In this document: positions 26,746 to 39,805 of the stretch, one piece after another | How the letters are laid out: each line of letters starts with the position of its first letter | Position numbering within the stretch: position 1 is the first letter of the stretch | From: Macrostomum lignano | Lineage: Eukaryota | Direction of reading: 5' to 3' | Assembly: GCA_002269645.1 (NCBI GenBank) | Contig: NIVC01001913.1 | Span: 158,537 to 222,536 of the forward strand | Length of the DNA stretch: 64,000 nt | The notes under the pieces: generated by a model | The model's database searches: none | Told to the model about the DNA's origin: nothing | What the model saw: the letters and a program-made list of their open reading frames with translations, nothing else | Position numbers and translations under genes: made by a program

Positions 26746-28071
26746 ATGGCCACCGACAATTCCAGCGACTTACAAAACCGGCCACCACGCCAGCTGGAGA
26801 CGGCCCTCGGCGCATCTGGCGTCGCCGTCATTCTCCTGGCCGGCGCCGCCGCCAACGCCGTCGCCCTGGCGCTGACCCTCCGCCGCGGCGCCCAGTCGAA
26901 GTTGCACTCGATTTTTGTTGGCAACCTGGCGCTGGCCGACCTGCTGGTCACGCTGCTCACCCCGGCCGCCTGGTATTTCTACGTCTGGCCGCCGGCCGCC
27001 GGCCACTCTCGGGCGGCCCGCTGGACCGAGGCCGCCGTGCAGGCCGCCCAGTCAGCCTCCGTCTGTGCCGTAGTGGCCGTGACAATCGACCGAACCTGCC
27101 TGGTGTTCCGGCCGATCAAGTACCGCCTGAGCCACCGCCGGCTCACCCCCATGCTGCTGGCCGGCCTCGCCTGGGTGCTGTGCACCGTCGGCCAGGCGCC
27201 CAGACTCGGCTTGGGCCCGGACGGCCGTCGCCTCTTCCAGCGGCTGCACATTGTCGCCGAATTCGCCGCCGCCCTGTGCGCCTTGGCCGTCTGCAACTTC
27301 ACCATCTGCCGGCAGATTGAACGGAGCAGGAAGCTCAAGTTCCTGCGCAGGCACTCGGGCTACTCAACCGACTGCGGTGGCGGCGGCGGCGGCGGCTCCA
27401 CCAGGCAGCTGCTGACCACAGGAAAGCCGTGCGGCCCCGCCGCCAGGAAGTGCTCCGTCCCCGTCAATGTCGGACAGACAGCCGCCGCCGCTGCCACCTC
27501 CGCCGGCGCCGCCAAACTCCTGGAGAGGCCGCAGCGGAGGAACACCCTCTGCGATTTGGGCGTTGTTGGCTGCACCGGAGGCGCCGGCCCGGTCGGCGGA
27601 ACCGCGACTCCTTTGCACCGCGGCGACACCCGCCTGAGCCTGCAGTCGATGCAGCGACTGTCTCTGGACGCCAATTCGCGTCGCTACGCTCGCCAGCGCG
27701 ACTCCGAGGAGGTGATCAACGAGATCCTGGCCAAGCAGCACCGCCGGGCGCTGCGGACCCTCGTCCTGCTGGTGCTGCTCTTTGTCGTCTGCCGGGCGCC
27801 GCGGGCGGCGCTTTCCGGCGCCGAGTGGCTCGGTCTGCTGCCAGCGGGGCTGTTCAGGCCCTGCAGCTTCTACCTGGAGCTGCTGGTGCACCTCAATAGC
27901 GTCCTGGACCCATTTGCCTACGTGTTCTGCGGCAACCGGCTGTGCCATCGGCGAACTCGGGCCGGATTTAAAGCGGCCGGAGGTCGCCTGCGCGCCTGCT
28001 GCTGCCGCTGCTGCCGCGGTGGCTGCGTCGGCGGGGACGAGGCCGATGCAGGATCGCGGTTCGACTTCTGA
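26746..28071 (+). CDS. Rhodopsin-like (class A) 7TM GPCR, orphan, intronless CDS, 441 aa
   Basis: TM1 GAAAN, TM2 NLALADLL, TM3 IDRT (DRY variant), TM4 W, long ICL3, TM6 FVVCRAP, TM7 HLNSVLDPFAY, Cys-rich C-tail. ATG at 26746 gives a short N-terminus with an N-glycosylation sequon (NSS). Confidence 0.9.
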   Translation: MATDNSSDLQNRPPRQLETALGASGVAVILLAGAAANAVALALTLRRGAQSKLHSIFVGNLALADLLVTLLTPAAWYFYVWPPAAGHSRAARWTEAAVQAAQSASVCAVVAVTIDRTCLVFRPIKYRLSHRRLTPMLLAGLAWVLCTVGQAPRLGLGPDGRRLFQRLHIVAEFAAALCALAVCNFTICRQIERSRKLKFLRRHSGYSTDCGGGGGGGSTRQLLTTGKPCGPAARKCSVPVNVGQTAAAAATSAGAAKLLERPQRRNTLCDLGVVGCTGGAGPVGGTATPLHRGDTRLSLQSMQRLSLDANSRRYARQRDSEEVINEILAKQHRRALRTLVLLVLLFVVCRAPRAALSGAEWLGLLPAGLFRPCSFYLELLVHLNSVLDPFAYVFCGNRLCHRRTRAGFKAAGGRLRACCCRCCRGGCVGGDEADAGSRFDF

Positions 28072-28283
28072 TGCTGAAACTCGACCTCGTCGCCGTGCAA
28101 AATGCTTTGTTTTTCCCCGCTGATGAGTGGGGAGATAAATAACAGTGACTATTGTTTGGTGGAGGCCTGGCGCGAGCTGCCAGTCCGGACCGTTGTACAC
28201 TCCCCATCCCTTTCAATGTGTTTTCTTAATGAGTTTTGTACACATCTATTCTGCGAGTACTTACTGTTGTCCTTTTAGTAGTT

Positions 28284-28304
28284 CTGTCTGTGTGTCTGTC
28301 TGTG

Positions 28305-28355
<51 letters not shown>

Positions 28356-28376
28356 GTGTCTGTCTGTCTGTCTGTG

Positions 28377-28437
<61 letters not shown>

Positions 28438-28447
28438 GCCTGTCTGT
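28284..28447. repeat. (TGTC)n microsatellite
   Basis: Direct reading. Confidence 0.95.
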
Positions 28448-28854
28448 TGTTAAAATACTGAGCCAGCGGGCCAGAATAGGCCAGCTATTAGGGCTGTTTC
28501 TATTGTTTATTTTGTGTCGCTTTTTAAAATCTAAATAGCCGTAGATCGGCCTCCGCTTGGATATACTGCTTAGCAATCAAAGAGAACAGTCTATCTATCA
28601 GATTTTGCCATAGACAAAAGCTATTTCTATTTTAGCAGTTTTCGCCCTGACAATGTCAAGCCTAAGCGCCATTTAATTTGTAATAATTTGTGTAATACTT
28701 CTTCTAAAATATATCATCGTCCTATCTGTAAGTATTGCACCTTAATAAATGTACTTTTTCACTGAAGATACTAGAACTACATGTACATACTCTTTTGCGG
28801 TCTTCCTACCTGCTAAATTATTGGTGGAAAATTGGCGGAAAAAGAGGGGCAAAC

Positions 28855-29300
28855 AGATGAGATGCTAATGCGGTAACCAGCTGAGGTGCTACTATGGTAA
28901 CTAGGTGCTAATGGGGTAACCAGCTGAGGTGCTAATGGGGTAACCAGCTGAGGTGCTAATGGGGTAACCAGCTGAGGTGCTAATGGGGTAACCAGCTGAG
29001 GTGCTAATGGGGTAACCAGCTGAGGTGCTAATGGGGTAACCAGCTGAGGTGCTAATGGGGTAACCAGCTGAGGTGCTAATGGGGTAACCAGCTGAGGTGC
29101 TAATGGGGTAACCAGCTGAGGTGCTAATGGGGTAACCAGCTGAGGTGCTAATGGGGTAACCAGCTGAGGTGCTAATGGGGTAACCAGCTGAGATGCTAAT
29201 GGGGTAACCAGCTGAGGTGCTATTGGGGTAACCAGCTGAGATGCTAATGGGGTAACCAGCTGAGGTGCTATTGGGGTAACCAGCTGAGGTGCTAATGGAG
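28855..29300. repeat. 24-bp minisatellite
   Basis: Unit CTGAGGTGCTAATGGGGTAACCAG. Confidence 0.95.
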
Positions 29301-29804
29301 CGTTCAAGTTGACCAAATTTAAGACACCTTAGAGCGAATTTTTATCGGATGTTACCAAAACGTTAACTCTTTACTCTATATTAGTATTTTCTCTTTTCAA
29401 GGCCCAGAAAATCATTGCTAAAATGAAACAATATCAACGATTGCTTTGAGAGCAGAAGGCTGCCTCGCCCACTCACTAACTACTCGTATATATTGACCAA
29501 CCAGCTCTGGCGGCACGTATAGCACTTAGCAAGGATTAACTACTCAAGAATGAATTATCGCGCACTGTATTATCCAGATTGCCTTATCTTACGCTTTTGA
29601 TTTTAGTCAAATTTTGCTAAACTCTTTTTTAACCTTCTTAGCGTTGATTTCAATCAAGGATAGCGCTTACATTTAGTAATTGGTTAGAGATCTAGTATAT
29701 TTAGATTTGCTGGATCCTACTTAGTGCTGCCCTCTTAAATTGTATAGCTGCTGAAAAAGTAAGCAAACTATGAAACAGGTTGTCCTGGAAGGTAAAGAGG
29801 GAAT

Positions 29805-30375
29805 TCTTGAGGGTAAAGGGGAATCTCAGAATGTGATGGGGAATCTCAAAATGTGATGGGGAATCCCGGAATGTGATAGGGAATCCGCGAATGTGATAGG
29901 GAATCCGCGAATGTGATAGGGAATCCCAGAATGTGATAGGGAATTCCAGAATGTGATTGGGGATCCCAGAATGTGATTGGGAATCCCTGAATGTGATGGG
30001 GAATACCAGAATGTGATTGAAGATCCCAGAATGTGATAGGGAATACCAGAATGTGATTGAAGATCCCAGAATGTGATAGGGAATACCATAATGTGATTGA
30101 AGATCCCAGAATGTGATAGGGAATCCCAGAATGCGATATGGAATCCCAGAATGTAATAGGGAATCCCAGAATGTAATAGGGAATACCAGAATGTGATGGG
30201 GAATCCCAGAATGTAATTGGGAATCCCTGAATGCGATAGCGAATCCCATAATGTGATTGGGAATACCAGAATTGATGGGGAATCCCAGAATGCGATAGGG
30301 AATCCCTGAATGTGATAGGAAATCCTAGAATAGGATAGGGAATCCTAGAATGTGATAGGAAATCCTAGAATGTGG
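29805..30375. repeat. 20-bp minisatellite
   Basis: Unit approx. GGGAATCCCAGAATGTGATA. Confidence 0.9.
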
Positions 30376-30887
30376 TGGGGGAACTCCGGCTCCCAGAAGT
30401 AACTAGGCAATTATGTCGCCATTCTATATAGAGTGATTTAGAATTCTGCATTTGCAGTTTTCACTGTCAACCAGCAGTTCCGGATAGAAATGTAGTTTTC
30501 CTAGAATGCTAATTTTGCAGAACCTGGTCGGCTGGCCCCTAGGCTAGCGAAGACAACCCAGAGCTGTGTGCACTTTTGCATAGCTGAAATTCCCCACGAT
30601 GCTGCCCTGCGATGCGCAACATCTGCAGGGGGGTGGGGTTGGGCATTCCGATCCAATATTCGACCAAAGTCGAAGTCAAATTGGTGGAATTGGCTATGAC
30701 AGCAATCAACCGAGCCAAAGACACATGGGATTTCTCCCCCCCCCCCTCGGAAACAATTGCCTTGCGGCAGCCAGATAAGGATCCTACGAGCGTACACGAT
30801 AGGTGAAGATTAAGTACTTGTAGTAGGCTGCGACCTACTTTTGGATCCTGAGGGTTTTGACGGAAGCCTGGAGCCACTGGAGATTTT

Positions 30888-31175
30888 AGAGGACCACTGA
30901 GGATCATGACAGACCACTGAGGATCATGACAGACCACTGAGGATCATGACAGACCACTGAGGATCATGACAGACCACTGAGGATCATGACAGACCACTGA
31001 GGATCATGACAGACCACTGAGGATCATGACAGACCACTGAGGATCATGACAGACCACTGAGGATCATGACAGACCACTGAGGATCATGACAGACCACTGA
31101 GGATCATGACAGACCACTGAGGATCATGACATACCACTGAGGATCATGACAGACCACTGAGGATCATGATCTACC
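30888..31175. repeat. 20-bp minisatellite
   Basis: Unit GACCACTGAGGATCATGACA. Confidence 0.95.
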
Positions 31176-31550
31176 ACTCTGGATCTTAAACGAATCATGA
31201 ATACTACAAGGGACCACGAAATATCAAGAAGAACCCGTGATGATAAATGAAGGACCACTAATGGTCATGAGGCACCCGATGAAGAGCATGAGGTAGCCAT
31301 GCCCTAGAGACCATCAGGCACAGGTAACTGCAGATCATGAAAGACCAATGAAGACTCTGAAATTGCCACTGAATCCAGCGAAGATCCTTTCCTTCAGGTA
31401 AAACAAGCCCACAGACTCAATAACATAATCCCAGCGAAATAAACAAGCCAACGAGTAGTATGCGTCATAAGTAGTAGCTTTATTTTAACCGATCAGTGTT
31501 GAATTTCGCCAACTGGGAGCCATCCCTATCAGGTCAGCTCAACTGTTCAG

Positions 31551-31874
31551 TCAGTCCATGTTGGAGTTCACTGGCGGAGCCGCCACCAGTTTGTACCGCA
31601 GCTCCTCCGTGCAGGCAGTCAACTCGGCCAGCAGGCTCTGGTAGGCCGCTCGGACAGTCCGGAACTCGGCCACCAGTTGGCCGAAGCGGGCGGCTTTGCA
31701 CTCGGCCGCCGCCGCCGGCTGCTCGAAGGACTTCCTCGGCCGCTGGTACCGATGCCCGCCGTTGCTGTTGCCGCTCGGCGAGGACACGATGAAGCCATCG
31801 GCCCGGCTGTCCGTCAGCAGGCAGGCGGCCACGCAGCAGCTGACCGCTAGGAGAAGTTGGCAAGCCTTCGACAT
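31551..31874 (-). CDS. Small secreted protein / putative neuropeptide prohormone, 107 aa
   Basis: Signal-peptide-like MSKACQLLLAVSCCVAACLLTDSRA, dibasic RK site, then a C-x28-C helical segment. GC3-rich codons. 5'-UTR intron 31963-31884 (GTGAGT...CAG); minus-strand AATAAA at 31484-31479. Confidence 0.75.
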   Translation of the reverse strand: MSKACQLLLAVSCCVAACLLTDSRADGFIVSSPSGNSNGGHRYQRPRKSFEQPAAAAECKAARFGQLVAEFRTVRAAYQSLLAELTACTEELRYKLVAAPPVNSNMD

Positions 31875-32364
31875 TGGCGACTACTGAAAAGCATAAATCC
31901 AAGAATTATTGTGCAACTTCACAGACAGCAGAATAAAGAGTTAATATCGTTTCCTTTACTCACCCGAGTATTGCTTGAGTTCTGAAATTCGTCTGTGCAA
32001 CGGAAGGAGGAATGTGTGGCATCGATGATTGCCCGGCTGTTCGATCTTTTATACTGGGACACCCTTAATTACCTTAGAGATGGCTTCCATTGATTTGCTT
32101 TCTCATTTTCTGCGTCTTTTTGCTGAAGAAATGTGTTTGGTAATCTGTGAAGCCTTGGAAATGCTGTTGCGTGCTAATTTATCTATAGAGCTCTTGTGTC
32201 TTCGTGTTCAAACATCTGAGTCCGCTCTAATCCCTGGCTGGCTAATTACTTTTCCCAAATTGCTAATCAACAGGTGCTTAAATGGTTCATGATTGGAGCG
32301 ATTTTGAAATATTTTGAAAGGATTCCTGAAGTCTGTGCGGAAAAAAATGGAAAAATGTAGGTTG

Positions 32365-33065
32365 CAGGTGTTGTCTGGAGTGGCACAGGTGCTGTCTGGA
32401 GTGGCACAGGTGCTGTCTGGAGTGGCACAGGTGCTGTCTGGAGTGGCACAGGTGCTGTCTGGAGTGGCACAGGTGCTGTCTGGAGTGGCACAGGTGCTGT
32501 CTGGAGTGGCGTTGCACAGGTGCTGTCTGGAGTGGCGTGGCACAGGTGCTGTCTGGAGTGGCACAGGTGCTAGATGGAGTGACACAGGGGCTAGCTGGAG
32601 TGACACAGGTGCTAGCTGGAGTGGCACAGGGGCTAGCTGGAGTGGCACAGGTGCTGTCTGGAGTGGCACAGGTGCTAGATGGAGTGACACAGGGGCTAGC
32701 TGGAGTGACACAGGTGCTAGCTGGAGTGGCACAGGGGCTAGCTGGAGTGGCACAGGTGCTAGCTGGAGTGACACAGGTGCTAGCTGGAGTGACACAGGTG
32801 CTAGCTGGAGTGACACAGGTGCTAGCTGGAGTGACACAGGTGCTAGCTGGAGTGGCACAGGTGCTAGCTGGAGTGGCACAGGGGCTAGCTGGAGTGACAC
32901 AGGTGCTAGCTGGAGTGACACAGGTGCTAGCTGGAGTGGCACAGGGGCTAGCTGGAGTGACACAGGTGCTAGCTGGAGTGACACAGGTGCTAGCTGGAGT
33001 GACACAGGTGCTAGCTGGAGTGGCACAGGGGCTAGCTGGAGTGACACAGGTGCTAGCTGGAGTGA
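32365..33065. repeat. 21-bp minisatellite with two sub-variants
   Basis: GGAGTGGCACAGGTGCTGTCT, then GGAGTGACACAGGTGCTAGCT. Confidence 0.93.
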
Positions 33066-34584
33066 CTAGTGAGTGGAGCAACTGTACGCCATCATGCATT
33101 CAATAAACTTTCTGCACTGTTGTGACAGTTTTGGATCACTTCAGCCCTATTAATTGAAAGTACAGACTAAATCCCCAGAATTTACTGAAATAATCAAGTT
33201 GCAGTTAAGAAGGATGAAGCACCCAGTGGGGTAGAATTTTCGGAAGCAAGTTGCAGCTCATCAAGTGGGACTCTGAGGCAGACCGAACGGCAAAAATATT
33301 TTTCAGCCAAGTCCCACTGGAATTGAGTGAATATTCGCTTCGGAAATGGGGAATAAATTTTGTTCTTAACAAGGAACTTTACTCCATCGAACGAATGCCT
33401 GCTGAATTTTTTAAAAGCAAGCCGAGCGCTGAGTCGCTACTGCAGCACTCAAAATTAGCCAGTTTGTCAAAACAAATCCTGCACATCCACAAGATTAGCA
33501 AGCAAGAGGGAAGCAACAAGCGGAGAGTACGAGCTATCCAGGCCAGGCCCACCTCCTCCCACCTCCCACCTCCGCCGCCCACTCCTTTGCGGGCCTCGAT
33601 GGGTGGCAATTTAAACGCCTCAGCCGCTGAAAGTGTTGTTTTTGCTTGAGGTAGCCGCGCGCGATCAGGTGTCCATTGGGATGGCCGGATTAACACGGCC
33701 ATCCCGGCGAGGTGCGCGTGTGTTCGGCATCAGTGAAGCGCCACTTCTCCCTCCCCCTCTTTTGGATTTCCGTCTTGCATTTCCCTATTGCCAAATTCTC
33801 GCCTAAAAAAAATTCGGCGAAAAGGCATGCCAGCCGAGGTCCTGACCTCAGGCCGAAGTCAGCGAGGGTCAAACCTGATGCGCCCCAACCCCCGCCCCGC
33901 ATTCCAGGCACGCTAGAGTGCTTGGTTTCTGTTTAGGAGGGCGGGGTCCAAGAGTCCAGATCACTTCAATCTGCAATGTTGGTGACCTCTCCCGGCAGAG
34001 AGGGCGGCAACGATCATTGAAGCCGTCAACAGGCTGTAGAGAGCGGGTCGGTGGCGGGCAAAAAAAGCAGTCCAAAAAACATATTTTCCCCAGTAACGGC
34101 GATTTGTCTGACTACAGAGTGGCGGATGTGGGAGGACAGAAAAGGACACTAAAGAGCTTTGGGGTGGGACTCGTCTCTCTCGCTTCGACCCGAACTGCGA
34201 GCGTAAAGGAATTCCGCAAAAGAATTTCTGCAACAAGCAAAGAAGAAAGAAGCAGAAGCTGCTTCCATCCGCATTCCGGGCATTCCTTTCCGTTGTCTTT
34301 CTGTCAGCAGCACTTTCGATGCGTGCAGCGCGCGGAATTATCAATGTGTCGGCGGCAGGTTTGTTTATTCGCGTGCGCTCTGATCTGATTACCAATTCCG
34401 GCAGGGCGCATCCGCATCGGCGAGTGGTTGCTGCAGAAGCTGGCACTGTCGTCTGGCACGTGATGATGATACTGCAGCTTGATTGACAGGGCAGGAACGA
34501 ATCGGACTGTATGCATTTGAGCTACTTACAACTAGTAAGTAGTATTCAGGAGTAAATCGCACTTATTTATTTGCGGAAACCAAA

Positions 34585-34872
34585 AATTGCAGAGCGGAAA
34601 ACTACCGCGCCAAGACCCCTGGTTCGATTCCGTGAGCGGCCGCACTCATTCGGGGCTGTGTGTGCACAAAAGTTAGCCCCTGGGGGATGTCTTGCGATTC
34701 ACCGCCCATGAGGATCAACCCCAAAGTCACAGAGAGTGTACATACCGGATGATTAGGAAGTCAGGGCCGCTGTACACCCTGTGTGAGCGTGTGTGTCAAG
34801 TCCATGTGTACAGTATTGGCGGGCTTCTTTGCGCTCACGAGTCAGCGGAATGGGCGGAATTGCTTGCAGGGG
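34585..34872 (+). mobile_element. tRNA-derived SINE, degenerate copy
   Basis: B-box GGTTCGATTCC at 34621-34631. Central blocks AAGTCAGGGCCGCTGTACACCCTGTGTGAG and GAGTCAGCGGAATGGGC are shared with the element at 56152-56511. Confidence 0.65.
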
Positions 34873-35158
34873 GAGTTGCTGAGATGCCAAGGCTGATGAG
34901 GGAATTGCTGAGATGCCAAGGCTGATGAGGGAATTGCTGAAATGCCAAGGCTGATGAGGGAATTGCTGAGATGCCAAGGCTGATGAGAGAGAGTTGCTGA
35001 GATGCCAAGGCTGATGAGAGAGTTGCTGAGATGCCAAGGCTGATGAGAGAGTTGCTGAGATGCCAAGGCTGATGAGAGAGTTGCTGAGATGCCAAGGCTG
35101 ATGAGAGAGTTGCTGAGATGCCAAGGCTGATGAGAGAGTTGCTGAGGTGCCAAGGCTG
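34873..35158. repeat. 29-bp minisatellite
   Basis: Unit GTTGCTGAGATGCCAAGGCTGATGAGAGA. Confidence 0.93.
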
Positions 35159-35400
35159 ACGTCAGAAGCTACATGTAGTTTATTCAAAAAAATTATTCCA
35201 TTCTTTGTTGGCTTCTCGAAGGGGGTGTGCGCTGATTGCTACTTCAGAGAAGTAGTTACTTGCAAAAGCTCTATTTTTAGAAACTTCTGTGTCTATGGTC
35301 CCTGGGGTCCAACGGAGCTACGGCAGCTCAGTTCGCTAAGCTGAGTTCGAGTTTTCATTCCGTTCGAGCGCGGCGCTAAGCATCTAGTCAGCTGATCAGC

Positions 35401-35656
35401 ATGTCTTTCGCCACCCGGCCACCTATCTACACGGACTTGGACCGGACAGATCCTCTGGCCGAGCGCGGGCTGGTGAAGGTGCCCGAAGGATTTTTCTCTG
35501 CCGAGCATCCCAACACAAAGATGATGGCCAACCTGCTGATGCAGGGCGACTACACTCGACTGCGATCGCTGATGGACCGCAGCAATGCGGGGGCGACTGC
35601 CATCTTCCAGGTGGCCGACCGGGGCTGCCAGAACAACAAACGGTCCATGTTTCACA
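35401..35656 (+). CDS. Orphan 7-exon gene, exon 1
   Basis: ATG at 35401 with an in-frame TAA upstream; MSFATRPPIYTDLDRTDP...RSMFH; phase-1 donor A|GTGAGC. Confidence 0.72.
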
Positions 35657-35699
35657 GTGAGCTGCCCGCCAGTGCCTGCTGCTGTTTCGCTGCTCACTG

Positions 35700-36101
<402 letters not shown>

Positions 36102-36292
36102 CGGCTGGCTGGGTCTGTCCGAATGTCTCTTCGGATGTGACTGTCTGGCTGCGTCTGTTCAGTTGTCTCAGTCTATCTAATCACATTTTCATTCATGCTC
36201 GTCTCTCAACTTTCTACCGGTAAGAATTCTACTTCAACCTGCGACCCTGCGAACCCCTCACCCAGGGCAGGCAGTCCTCTACCTGTCCCTAG

Positions 36293-36521
36293 TCGGACTG
36301 GCCATCTACTTCAACAAAGGTTCGGCAGCGTCGCTCCTCATCAAAGAGGGCGGAGCCGCCCTGCTGCGCAGCCAATTCGCCACCGGGGTGCAGAGCAGCG
36401 ACGATATTCTGACGTTTCCAGCCGAGTACATCGCCGTGCTGATGGAATCCTTCGACTGCGTGGCCCCGCTGATCCGGCTGCGCTTCTGGGAACCCTACGA
36501 GACCTCCTCGCTGCTGTACCG
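36293..36521 (+). CDS. Orphan 7-exon gene, exon 2 (weak ankyrin-like segment)
   Basis: Acceptor ccctag|; phase 1 in gives IGLAIYFNKGSAASLLIKEGGA...; phase-2 donor CG|GTGGGT. Confidence 0.75.
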
Positions 36522-36604
36522 GTGGGTGCCCGGGATTGGAGACGATTGAGATTGTGTGATATCCAGAGGGATGGATTAGGACATTTGATTTAACCGAATG
36601 CAGT

Positions 36605-37312
36605 CTGATGAGACTGGGTGAGATTGAGTGAGATTGAGTGAGATTGGATGAGATTGAGTGAGATTTGGTGAGATTGAGAGAGACTGGTGAGATTGAGTAA
36701 GATTGAGTGAGATTGGGTGAGATTGGGTGAGACTCATGGAGATTATGTGAAATTGGGTGAGACTGATGGAAATTGAGTGAGACTGAGTGAGATTGGGTGA
36801 GATTGGGTGAGATTGAGTAAGATTGAGTAAGACTGGGTGAGATTGCGTGAGATTGGGTGAGATTGGGTGAGATTGGGTGAGACTGAGTGAGATTGGGTTA
36901 GATTGGGTGAGATTGAGTAAGATTGAGTAAGATTGGGTGAGTTTGGGTGAGATTGGGTGAGACTGATGGAGATTGAGTAAGATTGGGTGAGACTGATGGA
37001 AATTAGGTGAGACTGAGTGAGATTGGGTGAGATTGGGTGAGATTGGGTGAGACTGATGGAAATTGAATGAGACGGAGTGAGATTGGGTGAGATTGAGTAA
37101 AATTGGGTAGGGCTGGTTGAGATTGCGTGAGATTGGGTGAGATTGGGTGAGACTGAGGGAGATTGGGTGAGATTGGGTGAGATTTGGTGAGACTGAGTGA
37201 GATTGGGTGAGATTGGGTGAGATTGAGTCAGATTGGGTGAGACTGAGTGAGATAGGGTGAGATAGAGTGAGATAGAGTGATATAGAGTGAGATGGAGTGA
37301 GATTGGGTAAGA
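36605..37312. repeat. 10-bp repeat (GAGATTGGGT/GAGATTGAGT), intron 2
   Basis: Direct reading. Confidence 0.9.
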
Positions 37313-37406
37313 TTTGGTTTATATTTGCAATGTGTCTAAGACTGATTACCAGTGATGTTGACATAGAGCATATTCGAGGTCAGGCAAGATGTCCGGAACC
37401 CCGCAG

Positions 37407-37597
37407 GCGCCGCTACCTGCAGATGCGAACTCCAATCGTGGGCTACCCGGACCTGCTGCGCTGCGCTCTGCTTCGCAACCCCAACTACAATCTCAGCGGC
37501 TTCCTCATCAGCGCCAGGCGGGAGACTACCAACTTCTCACTGTCCAGACTCATCTATCTTGGCTCCATAATGGTGCAGCACTTCGACATCGACTTTT
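37407..37597 (+). CDS. Orphan 7-exon gene, exon 3
   Basis: Acceptor ccgcag|G; RRYLQMRTPIVGYPDLLRCALLRNPNY...HFDIDF; phase-1 donor T|GTAGGT. Confidence 0.68.
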
Positions 37598-37664
37598 GTA
37601 GGTCCCGCTTTCATCATCTTTGGTTTCATTTAAACCCACGAGTCTCCGCCTAAAAACTTCCCGC

Positions 37665-37898
37665 ATATCACCCGCTCCATCACCCGCTCCATCACCCGCT
37701 CCATCACCCGCTCCATCACCCGCTCCATCACCTGCTCCATCACCCGCTCCATCACCCGCTCCATCACCCGCTCCATCACCCGCTCCATCACCCGCTCCAT
37801 CACCCGCTCTATCACCCGCTCCATCACCCGCTCTATCACCCGCTCCATCACCCGCTCCATCACCCGCTCCGTCACCCGCTCCATCACCCGCTCCATCA
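37665..37898. repeat. 12-bp repeat (ATCACCCGCTCC), intron 3
   Basis: Direct reading. Confidence 0.93.
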
Positions 37899-37905
37899 CT
37901 CGCAG

Positions 37906-38198
37906 CCGCCAGTGTCGGCATCCGTCGCACTTTCGACGCGACCTCTGGGCCCCGCTTTGTTCTGCCCAACCTGTGCAGCCTGCAGCGCCGCCTGCTCACC
38001 CTGGCCGTCTACCAGGACCCGAACGGCCGGCTGCTCAGCCAGGTGCTCGCCGGCCTCAAAGAGTGCAACCAGGCTGGGGCGCACCTGGTAACCATGCTGC
38101 CTCAGGCTGTTGGCGGCAGCCTGCTGCTGTGGCTGCAGGAGCTGGTCTCAGCTGAGCACAACGGCCAACTGTTCCGGTGTCTGGGCGCTAGAACGGAG
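37906..38198 (+). CDS. Orphan 7-exon gene, exon 4
   Basis: Acceptor ctcgcag|CC; SASVGIRRTFDATSGPRFVLPNL...LGARTE; phase-0 donor GAG|GTCTGT. Confidence 0.75.
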
Positions 38199-38943
<745 letters not shown>

Positions 38944-39162
38944 GTCACTATTAAAAACGCACCCCATCCTCAGAAGCTGCTGCAATCGGAGCCGGACGAT
39001 GCCTTCACTCCGCGCTGCCTCCGCGATCACTACCTGCGCTACGACGCTCTGAACTGCCTCTCCCTGTTGCTCAGCCTGCTGGCCAGGCACAAAGTCGGAC
39101 GGATGGACTCGCTGGGCTTCGCCAGACGCATCATGGATGCGGCGTGCGGGATTTCTATACAG
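38944..39162 (+). CDS. Orphan 7-exon gene, exon 5
   Basis: Acceptor ctgtcag|; VTIKNAPHPQKLLQSEPDD...ACGISIQ (73 codons); phase-0 donor. Confidence 0.72.
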
Positions 39163-39261
39163 GTGGTGGGGCTGCTAGAATGGGGATTTCTTGGAATGAT
39201 TTGTAAAATAATATTTAGAGTAGCTCGTATGCATATTTTGCTGGACCTTTTATTGCCCGAT

Positions 39262-39593
39262 TCCTGATACCCGAATCCCAATACCCGAATTGCAATACCC
39301 GAATTGCAATACCCGAATCCCAATACCCGAATTGCAATACCCGAATTGTAATACCCGAATCCCAATACGTGAATCCCAATACCCGATTCCTAATACCCGA
39401 TTCCCAATACCCAAATGCCAATACCCAAATGCCAATAGACAAATCCCAACACCCAAATCCCAATACCCGAATCCCAACAGAAAAATCCCAATTCCCGAAT
39501 CCCAACACCCGAATCCCAACACCCGAATCCCAACACCCGAATCCCAACACCCGAATCCCAACACCCGAATCCCAACACCCGAATCCCAACACC
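39262..39593. repeat. 14-bp repeat (CCCGAATCCCAATA/ACA), intron 5
   Basis: Direct reading. Confidence 0.9.
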
Positions 39594-39598
39594 CACAG

Positions 39599-39805
39599 GC
39601 CGGACTGGCCATACCGCTATTCAGCTATGCCTGGCCGGACCACCTGCTGGCGCTGGCGTCGCTGGTCAACCCGCTGACCCCGGCTGGCGGCGTCGGCTTC
39701 GAGGAGTTCGCCCGGCTGCTGCAGCACCTGCCCGGCTACGCCAGCGCGGCCGGCTACGGCGCTACCGACAAATGGCGGGCCTCGATTCGGAAATCCATTC
39801 TGCAG
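39599..39805 (+). CDS. Orphan 7-exon gene, exon 6
   Basis: Acceptor cccacag|; [22 protein letters not shown]...IRKSILQ (69 codons); donor CAG|GTTGGC. Confidence 0.78.
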
